A DNA stretch of 62,871 nucleotides, counting the filler, from Welwitschia mirabilis (Eukaryota): NCBI GenBank assembly GCA_051453625.1. It is 8 parts of one record of this genome, joined end to end, with 100 filler letters (N's around TTAATTAATTAA, not from the genome) between each part and the next. Parts side by side here need not be neighbours in the genome. Positions count along the whole stretch, not along the records: positions 49,135 to 53,111 come from JBOZIK010000001.1; positions 53,212 to 56,387 come from JBOZIK010000001.1; positions 56,488 to 59,626 come from JBOZIK010000001.1; positions 59,727 to 62,871 come from JBOZIK010000001.1; 4 more parts are not named here. The stretch is one strand, 5' to 3'. Each line of letters begins with the position of its first letter. The first letter of the stretch is position 1. A model generated the notes under the pieces. It was not told the DNA's origin, made no database searches, and saw only the letters and a list, made by a program, of their open reading frames with translations. The position numbers and the translations under genes are program-made. Positions 52,060 to 62,871 of the stretch are shown here, piece after piece.

Positions 52060-53111
52060 CAGAGTTAGAGAATTGATTTCCAAAGGTAGTTTTCGGTATT
52101 TTATTTTTTACTTAATTAAAAGTAAAATAATGAAGTAATTGCAATGCAAGATGAATAAAGATGAAATGCAAGTAAATGAAAATGGAAATGAAATTCTACT
52201 TAGATCCTAATCCTTCTATCACAAAGACTAGTCTCTATCCTTTCTGTCACAAAAACTATCTTTTCTATAACTCATATCAATTAAGAAGAGCATTTAACTA
52301 GTCCTTAACTAACATAAACTATAAGATCTACCAAGTAAAATAGAAAATGCAATATGGAAGTGAAATGGAATTATAATGCAAACCTTCTACTAACCAAGAT
52401 TAACCTTAACAAAGGTTTCCCTCATGATCTAAATAAATCATAGAACTATCAATTAACTATGATCAACTTAAAGTATAAGGGACATTTATAAAATTAGAAT
52501 AAAAGAGTATTTGTGTTAATCAAAATAACTTTACATCCACTTACAATAGAACAATAGATCCTTAATGGAAGAGAAACAACCTAACACCAAGGAAACCCCT
52601 TTCTGCAGCTATTAGATGAACCTCCTATCTTCAAGCTTCCATCACAAGCATATCAAGTACAAAAGATGGTTGGAATTAAAGAAGAGAAGGGGTATTTATA
52701 GTTTTATAATGATCCATAATCCTAGATGTCTATTAAGAAAACCCTAATTGCCCACATGGCCTATTTGGCACTCATTACAATGCAATTTACTGCCATAGTG
52801 TAAAAATAGTTATCGTCTTGTCCATCATCCACATGACATAAGTGAGGACACCTTGGACTATGTGCCCATGTGCTATCATTAGCTACATGGGTTTTTCTCG
52901 CATTCGGCATCCTTACTATCATCCAGACGACCAAGGGGACAATGCCCTACCATCATGTGCCGTTGTCCAAGTGTTGCACATGAGTTGTTCCTATGTAGTT
53001 GTCTTTATGAGCTATCGTCCCCTATGTCATGGGGATGACAGTAGGGACGACACTCTTCCCAAGCTACTCAAGTAGCGTAAATTATTCTTCTTCACCTTTA
53101 TTCCTCCGTCA
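52060..53111 (-). repeat. Second diverged copy of the 50811-51858 LTR
   Basis: Colinear from CAGAGTTAGA onward, e.g. AAAGGTTTCCCTCATGATCTAAATAAATCATAGAACTA is in both. Confidence 0.8.
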
Positions 53112-53211
53112 NNNNNNNNNNNNNNNNNNNNNNNNNNNNNNNNNNNNNNNNNNNNTTAATTAATTAANNNNNNNNNNNNNNNNNNNNNNNNNNNNNNNNN
53201 NNNNNNNNNNN

Positions 53212-55018
53212 ATAATGTGTAAACATAATGCTGAAATTACTATCAAAGCTTAAGTAGTAATAATTTCAAAAAATAATTCATGAAAATTTCATTAATGTTT
53301 GCTACAAGGGTAAAGGATAAGAGTAATCATGGCATTCCTTTAAATGATTATAAACGTAGCTTTTTTAAAAAAAATCAGTGAGTGCTACCTGCTCCTGCTA
53401 AATAAATTTCATGAAATGTATTCAAATAACATGCAATTAAGTCCAAATAATGCATTATAAATATGTATCATCCAAGCTTAAAATAATCCTTAAAAATAAT
53501 AGGTTTTTGTTCTCTCTCTCTCTCTCCCTCCCCTCGTCCCCGCCCCCTTCTGCCCCCCCTCCGGTGCCAAACCACAGGAAAAGCAAGATGTCCTAGATTG
53601 CATAAAGGAAAAAGCATGACTGTCATCCTCTATGTTGTGGGGATGACATACTGAGATGACAGTTTGTAAAATAAATTGTCTGAACTAATTAGAAAAATTT
53701 CTAGAAAAATTTNNNNNNNNNNNNNNNNNNNNNNNNNNNNNNNNNNNNNNNNNNNNNNNNNNNNNNNNNNNNNNNNNNNNNNNNNNNNNNNNNNNNNNNN
53801 NNNNNNNNNNNNNNNNNNNNNNNNNNNNNNNNNNNNNNNNNNNNNNNNNNNNNNNNNNNNNNNNNNNNNNNNNNNNNNNNNNNNNNNNNNNNNNNNNNNN
53901 NNNNNNNNNNNNNNNNNNNNNNNNNNNNNNNNNNNNNNNNNNNNNNNNNNNNNNNNNNNNNNNNNNNNNNNNNNNNNNNNNNNNNNNNNNNNNNNNNNNN
54001 NNNNNNNNNNNNNNNNNNNNNNNNNNNNNNNNNNNNNNNNNNNNNNNNNNNNNNNNNNNNNNNNNNNNNNNNNNNNNNNNNNNNTGAGATGACAGTTTGT
54101 AAAATAAATTGTCTGAACTAATTAGAAAAATTTCTAGAAAAATTTAACAGCAAGCAAGTATTGGAGATGCAGCAAAAAAAACAGAAGGAAAAAATGTAAA
54201 GAATTTATCTTTAAAAACAGAATCATGGAGAAATAATCTCATAAGATCATAATCATGCATAAAATATAGAAAGAGATGTTCATAAGTGTTCCTCCAATTT
54301 GGTCTAAAATCCATGAGTGTTTGAAAATCTATAAGTGGATGAATGCAAAACCACACAGCAAAAACATTAGCAAAAAATAAAAGATCACACCAATCAAGGG
54401 GAAAAAATACATTAAGTGATAGTGTAGAAAAGAAAAATAACTCTTAAAAAGAAAAACATATGAGTGAAAATAAAAAGACAACTAGAGAGCTACCAAATGA
54501 TCTGGTTTTAATGATAATGTAGAAAAAGATATTGTAATGACTTTGAAAAATCCCAAATGAAACAACTAAGAGAAAATCATAAGGAAAAATGGACAATTAG
54601 GAATATAAAGAAGATTTCCTTACCTACCCGAAATTAATCCTTACCAAAGTCCCCTGGAAGAAATCATAAAATTGCCTAATAAGAATACATGACATAATGT
54701 AAAAATCCATAAAGTTCCACTCGAATAGGCAATGATAATGATGATGTTAAGTATTTATAATGTTATCAAATAATGAATGATAAGATAAAAAACTATTAAA
54801 ACAGAAACTTACAAGCTATTATCTCAAAACAATACTAGAATATAAAAACATAAAGTGATCATGTGGAAGTGCTACTAAATAAAAATGAGTCTAGAAAATA
54901 AGCAATGCCTTTAATGACACCAAGGACACCATTGATCTCATAACCTCTAACTACAATTTTATTCTTACCATGATGAAGGTAGTGCAACCACTATCAGAGT
55001 AAGGACCCGCACAGCATG
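53212..55018 (-). mobile_element. Athila-type non-coding 3' internal region
   Basis: 53212-53500 is reverse-complement similar to 59150-59435, and 54965-55012 to 59735-59790. Confidence 0.55.
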
Positions 55019-56387
55019 TGTTGCAGTGCGAATTTATGCAATGTTTCACATCTTAATTTAAATCCTGTTAGTTATAATAAGATGCACAAATATAACATGC
55101 TAGTTTAGACAGAGTGATCCGAATGTCGTAATTCCATTGAAGGCCAATGGTATGGATAACAAAGAGTTGATTTCGAGAAAGAAATATGTAACCTTAATCT
55201 ACTAAATTAAATTGCAATGTATAAAATTTAAATAATAATACAACTAATCTATGAAATTGAAATAATAATGCAACTAATCTACTCAAGCTCAACTTTAACA
55301 AAGGCTACCCTCATAATCTATATAATCAAAGAAACCTGTCACAAATCTTAAACAACATAAACTATCAGGGATAAGTTCCTGCAAATATTGAACAAAAAGG
55401 GTAATTCATATTAAAATCATAAAAGCATCTACATTACAAAGTAGTCATTTCTCAATGAAGGAAACACCACCCGACACCAAGGGAACATCTCTCTGTAATC
55501 ATTGAATGATTATCCTGTCCTAAGATCCCCTGTCACGAGAATGTCAGGTACTGTTAAAGATGATTCAAGATTAAGGGGGAGACCTTTATTTATAGACAAA
55601 AAGGAAAAGGAAATTGATAGAGAAGTAGAAGAGAAACCTTAGCTAACATGCAACTGCTAATGATCTGTCTATAAAGTGCTATCGACTAGTTCAAAAGATG
55701 TCATTCATTGATATCGTCTGGATGTTAGTAGGACGACTAAGTTTGTAAATCGATCTCGGCTTATCTACAAGTTATTTAGATGTGAACTTTGGTTATTTCC
55801 TAGCTGGAGTTATCATCCTGACTGTCGTCTGGATGATGGAAGGGATGATAGGTTTTTCTTGATCTTTAGTCAGTCTGATTGCTTGTTGTTTGTAGAAATA
55901 ATTATCCAAAATGATCCTTGCTTGTATCTGCATGAAATGCTTGTGAATTATCTGATAATTGCGTGTTTTCATTTTGTGCTCCTTAATTCTTGATTGTCAT
56001 AATAGCTAAGCAATTATTTATTAATTTATCTACAAAACAACTCAAAATACCCCATCAAATACACATAAGTTGGTGTTGCAACATAGCCCCCCACTTAGCC
56101 TTGTTAGTCCCTGACAAAACCAGGCAGTAAACCATATTTATGAACCAACTTTTCAAACAATAAAAACTAGGATATCTAAAGGAAGCATCTGAAAAACGAA
56201 TTGTAGAATATTTCAAAGATAAACTGAATTGCTGAAAAATTCAAAAACTGAATAGAAATACCTGCAAAGCATTCTAAGTCTGTCGTTGGCTCGGTCTTCT
56301 GAACGATAGTGGGGATGACAGTCACATTAAGAATTCTGCAAAACTAGAACCTGTGATAGAAATCAAATTTTTCACTAATTAATAATC
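55019..56387 (-). mobile_element. 3' LTR (55019-56083) plus PPT and adjacent internal sequence, element D family
   Basis: TGTTGCA...TTGCAACA followed by TAGCCCCCCACTTAGCC. The flank matches 49142-49340. Confidence 0.88.
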
Positions 56388-56487
56388 NNNNNNNNNNNNN
56401 NNNNNNNNNNNNNNNNNNNNNNNNNNNNNNNTTAATTAATTAANNNNNNNNNNNNNNNNNNNNNNNNNNNNNNNNNNNNNNNNNNNN

Positions 56488-56991
56488 TATTGAGATTATC
56501 ATGCTATGTATGATTCTATACTATTGTATTTTCTTGATGATCCTTGCTTATGGATTTGCTTATTGAAATTGATGTGTATTTATATTTCTATATGTTGAAT
56601 GTTAAATCATATAATGCTTGAATGAGATAAAACTCTGTGCTAATATGTGTCTCATCTTCATTATCGTTTTCCTTGATATCTGAAATTATATTTCTTAGTA
56701 TGAGATAAAAATTTGTAATTTATCCATATTGTATTGACCTATCATCTTATTGAGATGTTATGTTGTAGTGAAACCTATCTTAGTTTTATGATATCATCTT
56801 TTTAGACCTATGATTATGGATTTTCCATAGATTACCAAATGAGGCAGTGAGCTTTACAGATCATCGAACGAGGCAGTGAAGAGAGAATCCTATAGATCAT
56901 CGAATGAGGCAGTAGGGATATTATATTACCACAAATTACCAAATGAAGAAATGAAGTTAATAATGGTTGAGATTTTGTATATGCATATGAG
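56488..56991 (+). repeat. Fragment of the same LTR family as 33021-36774
   Basis: Colinear with ~34440-34980, including the 24-bp motif copies. Confidence 0.85.
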
Positions 56992-58233
56992 TGTTGCGTC
57001 GCTAACTTATGTGTATTTGATAAGGTATTCTGAGTTGTTTTATAGATAAACTGACAGATAATTACTTAGTTCTTATGACAGTTGAGAATCAAGGAGCACA
57101 AGATGAAAACATGAAAATATCAGATAAAATACAAGCATTTCATGCAGATACAGATAAGTATCATTTTGAATAAAGATTCTTGCAGACAACAAAATAATTT
57201 CACTGACAAAAAATCAAGAAAAGACTATTGTGCTCCCCGTCGTTCACACGATAGTCAAGATGACAACCACAATTGAGCATATGACACAGTTCCTTTGAGA
57301 TAACTTGCACTTGAACTGAAGACATTCCTATTAAACATCATCTTCCACATCATCATCCAAACGACATTAGTGGATGACATCTCTAGAACTAGTTAATAGA
57401 ACTTTACATGTAGTTCACAAGCAGTTAAACTAGAAGCCAAATAGATATCTCATTATTAATCCTCGTTGTCCCCTCCTTCATTTGAATGACAATCGAGATG
57501 ACACTGTTCTCTGTCACTTTTACTCAATGGATTTTTGAGTTGTTGCCTCTTTATTGTGACTTTACTTTACATGTTAGCTAAGATTTCTTCTTTACTTTTT
57601 TGTCAGTTCCCTTTCTCTTTTTCTCTATAAATAAAGGTCTCCCCCTCGATCCCTAATCGTCTTCGATAGTATCTAACATTCTCGTGACAGGAGATCTTGG
57701 GACTGGAGAACCATCTTATAATCCAGAGAGATGTTACCTTGGTATTGGGTGGCGTATCCTCCATTAAGGAATGACTACTTTGTGATACAGATGTCTTTTT
57801 ACTTTTTAATATGAATTATCCTTTTTGTCAATAACTGTAGAAACTTATCCCTTATAGTTTATGTTGTTTAAGATTCATAACAGGTTTCTTTAATTATATA
57901 GATTATGAGGGCAACCTTTGTTAAGGTTGAGCTTGAGTAGATTAGTTGCATTATTCTTTCAATTTCATAGATTAGTTACATCGTTATTCCAATTTCATAG
58001 ATTAGTTTTACATCATTATTTCAATTTTATGCATTTCAATTTAGTTCAGTAGATTAAGGTTACACATTTCTTTCTTGAAATCAACTCTTTGTTATCCATA
58101 CCATTGTCCTTTAATGGAATTATGACATTCGGATCACTCTGTATATACCAGCGTGCTATATTTGTGCATCTTATTTGTAATTAACAGGATTTAAATTAAG
58201 GGATGAAACATTTCATAAATTCTTACCGCAATA
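56992..58233 (+). mobile_element. Element D family LTR in opposite orientation (solo-like)
   Basis: TGTTGCG...CGCAATA; reverse-complement similar to 55019-56083 along its length. No clean TSD. Confidence 0.85.
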
Positions 58234-59039
58234 AGTATCCTATTGAACCTCTACTATCCTTTCAAAAATAGCTCTATCATGCTTCTCCACAGCATAAATA
58301 CATGCATCCTCGTGATCAAACAACATGATATAATAAGCACATAAATCAATAATCTAAGAAGATAGCCTCTACTCCATGCCTTCTAATAATGTAGTAAGCC
58401 TTTCAAGTGTGACATCTTTAATATCCTAAGGCTATTGAGAAGAAGGATAAGATGGATGTATTATAGGAATCTCTCTAGAAGCTAGTGGTGCCATACTAGG
58501 AATCTTAATTTCAAGTCTCTTAAAATATGTATCATCTACTAAAAATGTGTATTAAATGAAGGGTGTCTAGTGGAATAAGGATCTTAAAGCATTTAAATAA
58601 GGCACTTAATAAACAAGGATATGAAATGGTAAAAAAGTAATACTGGGTGTTCAATCATCTAATCTGGTACTAAATAAAAGTGGGTAGGTTAATCTTCTTT
58701 TCTTGATAAATAAGAGATAAAATCTAAAGGTGGGAAGTCATGGCATGAAAATCCTATCAGAGTGGAGCTATGTTATAGGTGATGTCTCAATGTGGAATGT
58801 AGTAATAAGGATGCAAATAGATCACTGCTACTCCCCTCTAGTCATCCCTTGTATGCTATGGTAACTCCAATAGGTTTACATTTTTCTTCCTTGTATTTTG
58901 TTCTACCACGTCTCCAATACTTGCTTGCTATCAAATTTTTCCATATTTTTTTTTCTAATTGGTCCAAATAACTTAGTTTAAAAATTGTTATCTTAGTATG
59001 TCGTCCCCACAATAGAGGGGACAATAATCATCCTTTTTT

Positions 59040-59790
59040 CTTTATGCAATCTGGGACATCTTGCTTTTTCTATGGGAGGGGGAGAGGGGAGGTAGGATAG
59101 CTCTGAGCTTTTTTTTAAAATATTATAGCAAAAATATATCATTTTTAAATTTTAAAGGATTACTTTGAGCTTGGATGATACATATTTTTGATGATTTTTT
59201 TGACATGATTGCATGTTATTTGAATACATTTCATATAATTTATTTAGTAGGAGCAGGTAGCACACTTACTGATTTTTCAACAAAGCCATGTTTCTGATGA
59301 TTTAAAGGAAAAATGAATGCCTCATGTACTTTGGCATTGTAGAAAACATTAATGAGCTTTTCATGCATTATTCTTTTAGATTATTACTACTTAATCTTAC
59401 ATATTAGTTTTAGCATTATGTCTACACATTATTATTTTTCTGAACTATCACTCTAACTTATTATGTATATGACATTTATTTGGACTATTGTGATGAGTTT
59501 AAGTAGGAGGCTTATAACTACAGCAGTAATTATATTAATGACTTGTCATTATCTATACCTATATGATAAATAGAATTCAAATTCCATTTCTTTAGTTGAT
59601 GATTATCTTAGTTAAATTGGCTTACANNNNNNNNNNNNNNNNNNNNNNNNNNNNNNNNNNNNNNNNNNNNTTAATTAATTAANNNNNNNNNNNNNNNNNN
59701 NNNNNNNNNNNNNNNNNNNNNNNNNNGCTTTGGCTTGCGGATCCTTATGCCTTTGGCAGTGGTTGCACTCCCCTCATCATGGTAGATGGT
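59040..59790 (+). mobile_element. Athila-type 3' internal fragments, inverted relative to 53212-55018
   Basis: Reverse-complement similarity to 53212-53610 and 54965-55012. Confidence 0.6.
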
Positions 59791-62700
59791 GATTTCTAAA
59801 AATTCCATTAACTTGATTTTCTATGACTCCAAAGCTATAGCTTTGAGAGCATTCAGAACATATTGATTATTGGTTAGTAATTCATTAATATCTTCTTTAC
59901 TATGACAATCAATGATTGGATTGAGTTATAGTCCTGACATTACATCGATACTCCACAGATAACTATAGACATCATCATAATCACTGTCCTAGTTGCATGA
60001 TACTCTGTGTCTATTGGTCCCACCTCACAAATGGTAACATGCACAACTCCCACCTCATGTATCTAATGGGCTTTAAAACACGAGCCCAGATCTCCAATGG
60101 ATTTTGCAAGTATTTGCCTCAAAGAAAACATACAACTCCTTTTCTTGTCTTCAATTTAATTGCCAATTGTTTAACAATCCCTGTCAACATAGGTCATATA
60201 AATCTAGCAACATAATAGGCTTAGTGTCGGTGAGCTATGAGGGACAATTGAGAATTGCATAGTTGGATAATGGATCTGGCATATCTCCAACTCCTGTTCA
60301 TTCTATCACACTTGCATTATAGAGCATGCTGGTGCTTTGCTGCTTGGGAAAATGGATGATATTCTTGCTATTTATGTACTCCCTGCAGCACAAAACATCA
60401 AAGCAAGCTTAAGCGAAGGGGGGAATGGATGAAAGTTCCTCAAAGTTCAAGGAGTATTTCAATATGGAACGTACACCATACTTTTGTAGCACATAGAATA
60501 CAATTTCATGAACTGGAAGAAACACTATCATGTTCACTATTTTAACAATTTCAGATGTATCTAGGAGGCCCAAAGATAATCATGTGGTATTGCAATGAAC
60601 ATTTATCATTTATGCCTAATTTCATTTTCAGAAAGTTGACTTTTCAGTTAAAGAATAGTTTATTATGAATTACTTCAAGTCACATTCTGTGACATATGTC
60701 GATGAAGACGTGGGACTAGTAGTGACGAATAGAGAACACTTAATCTTTAATATGCCATCTCCTTCTAAACCCTTTTTCATTTCCATTGCTCCAATAAGAA
60801 GTAAACTTATTCCAAGAATACATGCTTCCCATACATGAAAAAAATCAATTTTCAATTTTGCTTTTAGTAAATGCAACTAAAGGAGAAGTTCTTTAGTTTT
60901 GAAATTCAAAAAATGCATCAATTTCAAAGTTATCTCCACATTTGTACATTCAGATTCTCTTCCCCAAGCAAATAGAAGTAGCTGGGAACAGGATGAAAAA
61001 TGACTGCCAGAGTGGAGTTCATCACACAAGCATACGCTTCACCACTATCAGTTGCAATAAAGGAGGAGTTCATCAAAGAAACACCAAAAAAAGAATTCAA
61101 TCGCATTATATCAGAGACCACACATGATCCGTACAGTTGGGTCATAGAAATAGAAGCACTCATATCTGTCTATCAGCTATTTTAGGATAGATACTCTAAT
61201 TTTGAAAATGAATTTCTCCCAGTTATAAGATGTGATTAATGCTTGCTTAACTTAGTCGATTTTAGGAATAANNNNNNNNNNNNNNNNNNNNNNNNNNNNN
61301 NNNNNNNNNNNNNNNNNNNNNNNNNNNNNNNNNNNNNNNNNNNNNNNNNNNNNNNNNNNNNNNNNNNNNNNNNNNNNNNNNNNNNNNNNNNNNNNNNNNN
61401 NNNNNNNNNNNNNNNNNNNNNNNNNNNNNNNNNNNNNNNNNNNNNNNNNNNNNNNNNNNNNNNNNNNNNNNNNNNNNNNNNNNNNNNNNNNNNNNNNNNN
61501 NNNNNNNNNNNNNNNNNNNNNNNNNNNNNNNNNNNNNNNNNNNNNNNNNNNNNNNNNNNNNNNNNNNNNNNNNNNNNNNNNNNNNNNNNNNNNNNNNNNN
61601 NNNNNNNNNNNNNNNNNNNNNNNNNNNNNNNNNNNNNNNNNNNNNNNNNNNNNNNNNNNNNNNNNNNNNNNNNNNNNNNNNNNNNNNNNNNNNNNNNNNN
61701 NNNNNNNNNNNNNNNNNNNNNNNNNNNNNNNNNNNNNNNNNTTTTAGGATAGATACTCTAATTTTGAAAATGAATTTCTCCCAGTTATAAGATGTGATGA
61801 ATGCTTGCTTAACTTAGTCGATTTTAGGAATAATTCTCACTTAAATGCTGGAAACTATTCCATCTTCGTGAGAACATATGCATTATATCAGAATAAAAGG
61901 TAAATAAAAAAAAACTGGAGGGCATTGGTCGGTGTCGTGCTTCTCGCAGAAAGAAGGATCAAATCACAAAAGACACAGAGTCAGTTAAGTTTGAGAGCCC
62001 ATAGTCAAATTGCAAGTAAATCAAAATAGATCACTGTGGCGAAAAATAGATGACTGCATCATCATATTACAATAGGAAACATGCTTCACTAGGAGGAGAA
62101 AAAAAAACTGCTAGAGAATGGGAGTGAACAGAGAATGGCGAGTAGTACGCCATCAGCAAAGAAACACATAGGGAGACATCACAAAGAGCATCACAGCATG
62201 GTGATTAGAAAAAAGAAAAAAACACAGATTCTAAAGCAAAGCCCTCATCAAAGTAATTCCATCATCAATATGGCAGAAAAATAGCATCCAAGAACAGAGA
62301 CCGGCAGCACCAACAATGCCAAAAGATGGGCAATAGCAGAACACAGACACTGAGAGTAGGGCTAGCACATAAAAAAAGGAAATAGGTCTGAGAGAGGAGG
62401 ACTNNNNNNNNNNCTAAGGGAAGAAGAAATGCACATCAAAAGAGAAGAAGCATAATCATCATCAAAAATGCCAAAGGTCAATTGCAGTTCACTGTCTGGA
62501 CTACTGTAGTTCAATGTTATAGACTCCCCACTCGGCTACATTTTTGTCTCTGTTGTTTCAGAGAAATAAGGAAAAAAGAGACGCAATCAAGAAGACATCA
62601 CAGATCTAGGACCAAAGAGATACTTCAATTGAAAAAGCAAGATAAAAGAAAACACCAAGGATAAGGACCCAGAGAATTTTAGAGATCACCTAATGCATAA

Positions 62701-62871
62701 GGACAATGCGTTTCAAAATAAGAAGGAACGCTCATACATCGAAGATCAGAAAACAAGTAGAGATGCAAAAACATAGTGCTGTACAACCAAGTTTCATTTG
62801 TCCTTATAAGAAAAATATTTTAATCTATAAATTCTAGCATTTGATAGAACATTATTGTAAGAATATATTAA

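Noticed and set aside
56987-58238. TSD for the LTR at 56992-58233
   Set aside because: ATGAG vs AGTAT do not match. ATAAG would require a truncated LTR end, and the host LTR does not continue afterwards.
7957-59726. Recurrent palindromic TTAATTAATTAA islands
   Set aside because: Always centred in a 100-nt N block. This is an artificial six-frame-stop contig linker, not biology.
27817-61752. Long ORFs composed mainly of X
   Set aside because: Artefacts of N runs. Only the non-N part of 27817-28902 (Copia RT) is meaningful.

Overview
AT-rich, gappy plant genomic scaffold made almost entirely of nested, decayed retrotransposons. No intact host gene, RNA gene or CRISPR array is supported. Resolved by eye: (1) a minus-strand Ty1/Copia fragment (1-1110) and a solo LTR of the same family (3546-3859). 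(2) An old Athila-like Ty3/Gypsy element A (~5200-18501), split by a two-LTR Athila-like element B (9745-18078, TSD AGAAC). B lacks RNase H and integrase but carries a multi-ORF 3' accessory region. (3) A decayed minus-strand L1-type LINE, split by a Sirevirus-like Copia (23925-37156, TSD CATCT) whose 5' LTR contains a solo LTR (33021-36774, TSD CTATG). (4) A minus-strand unit C (~42350-48300) with no recognisable pol. (5) A cluster of related Athila-type LTRs and 3' regions at 48.8-59.8 kb, one with TSD AGGAC. Main observation: the 3' regions of B and C encode colinear, protein-level-conserved decayed ORFs, namely an env-like/plant-transposon-protein ORF and a downstream ORF that I cannot assign to any family. 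Seven N-TTAATTAATTAA-N blocks are assembly linkers. All calls come from manual motif reading, and coordinates of decayed ORFs are approximate.
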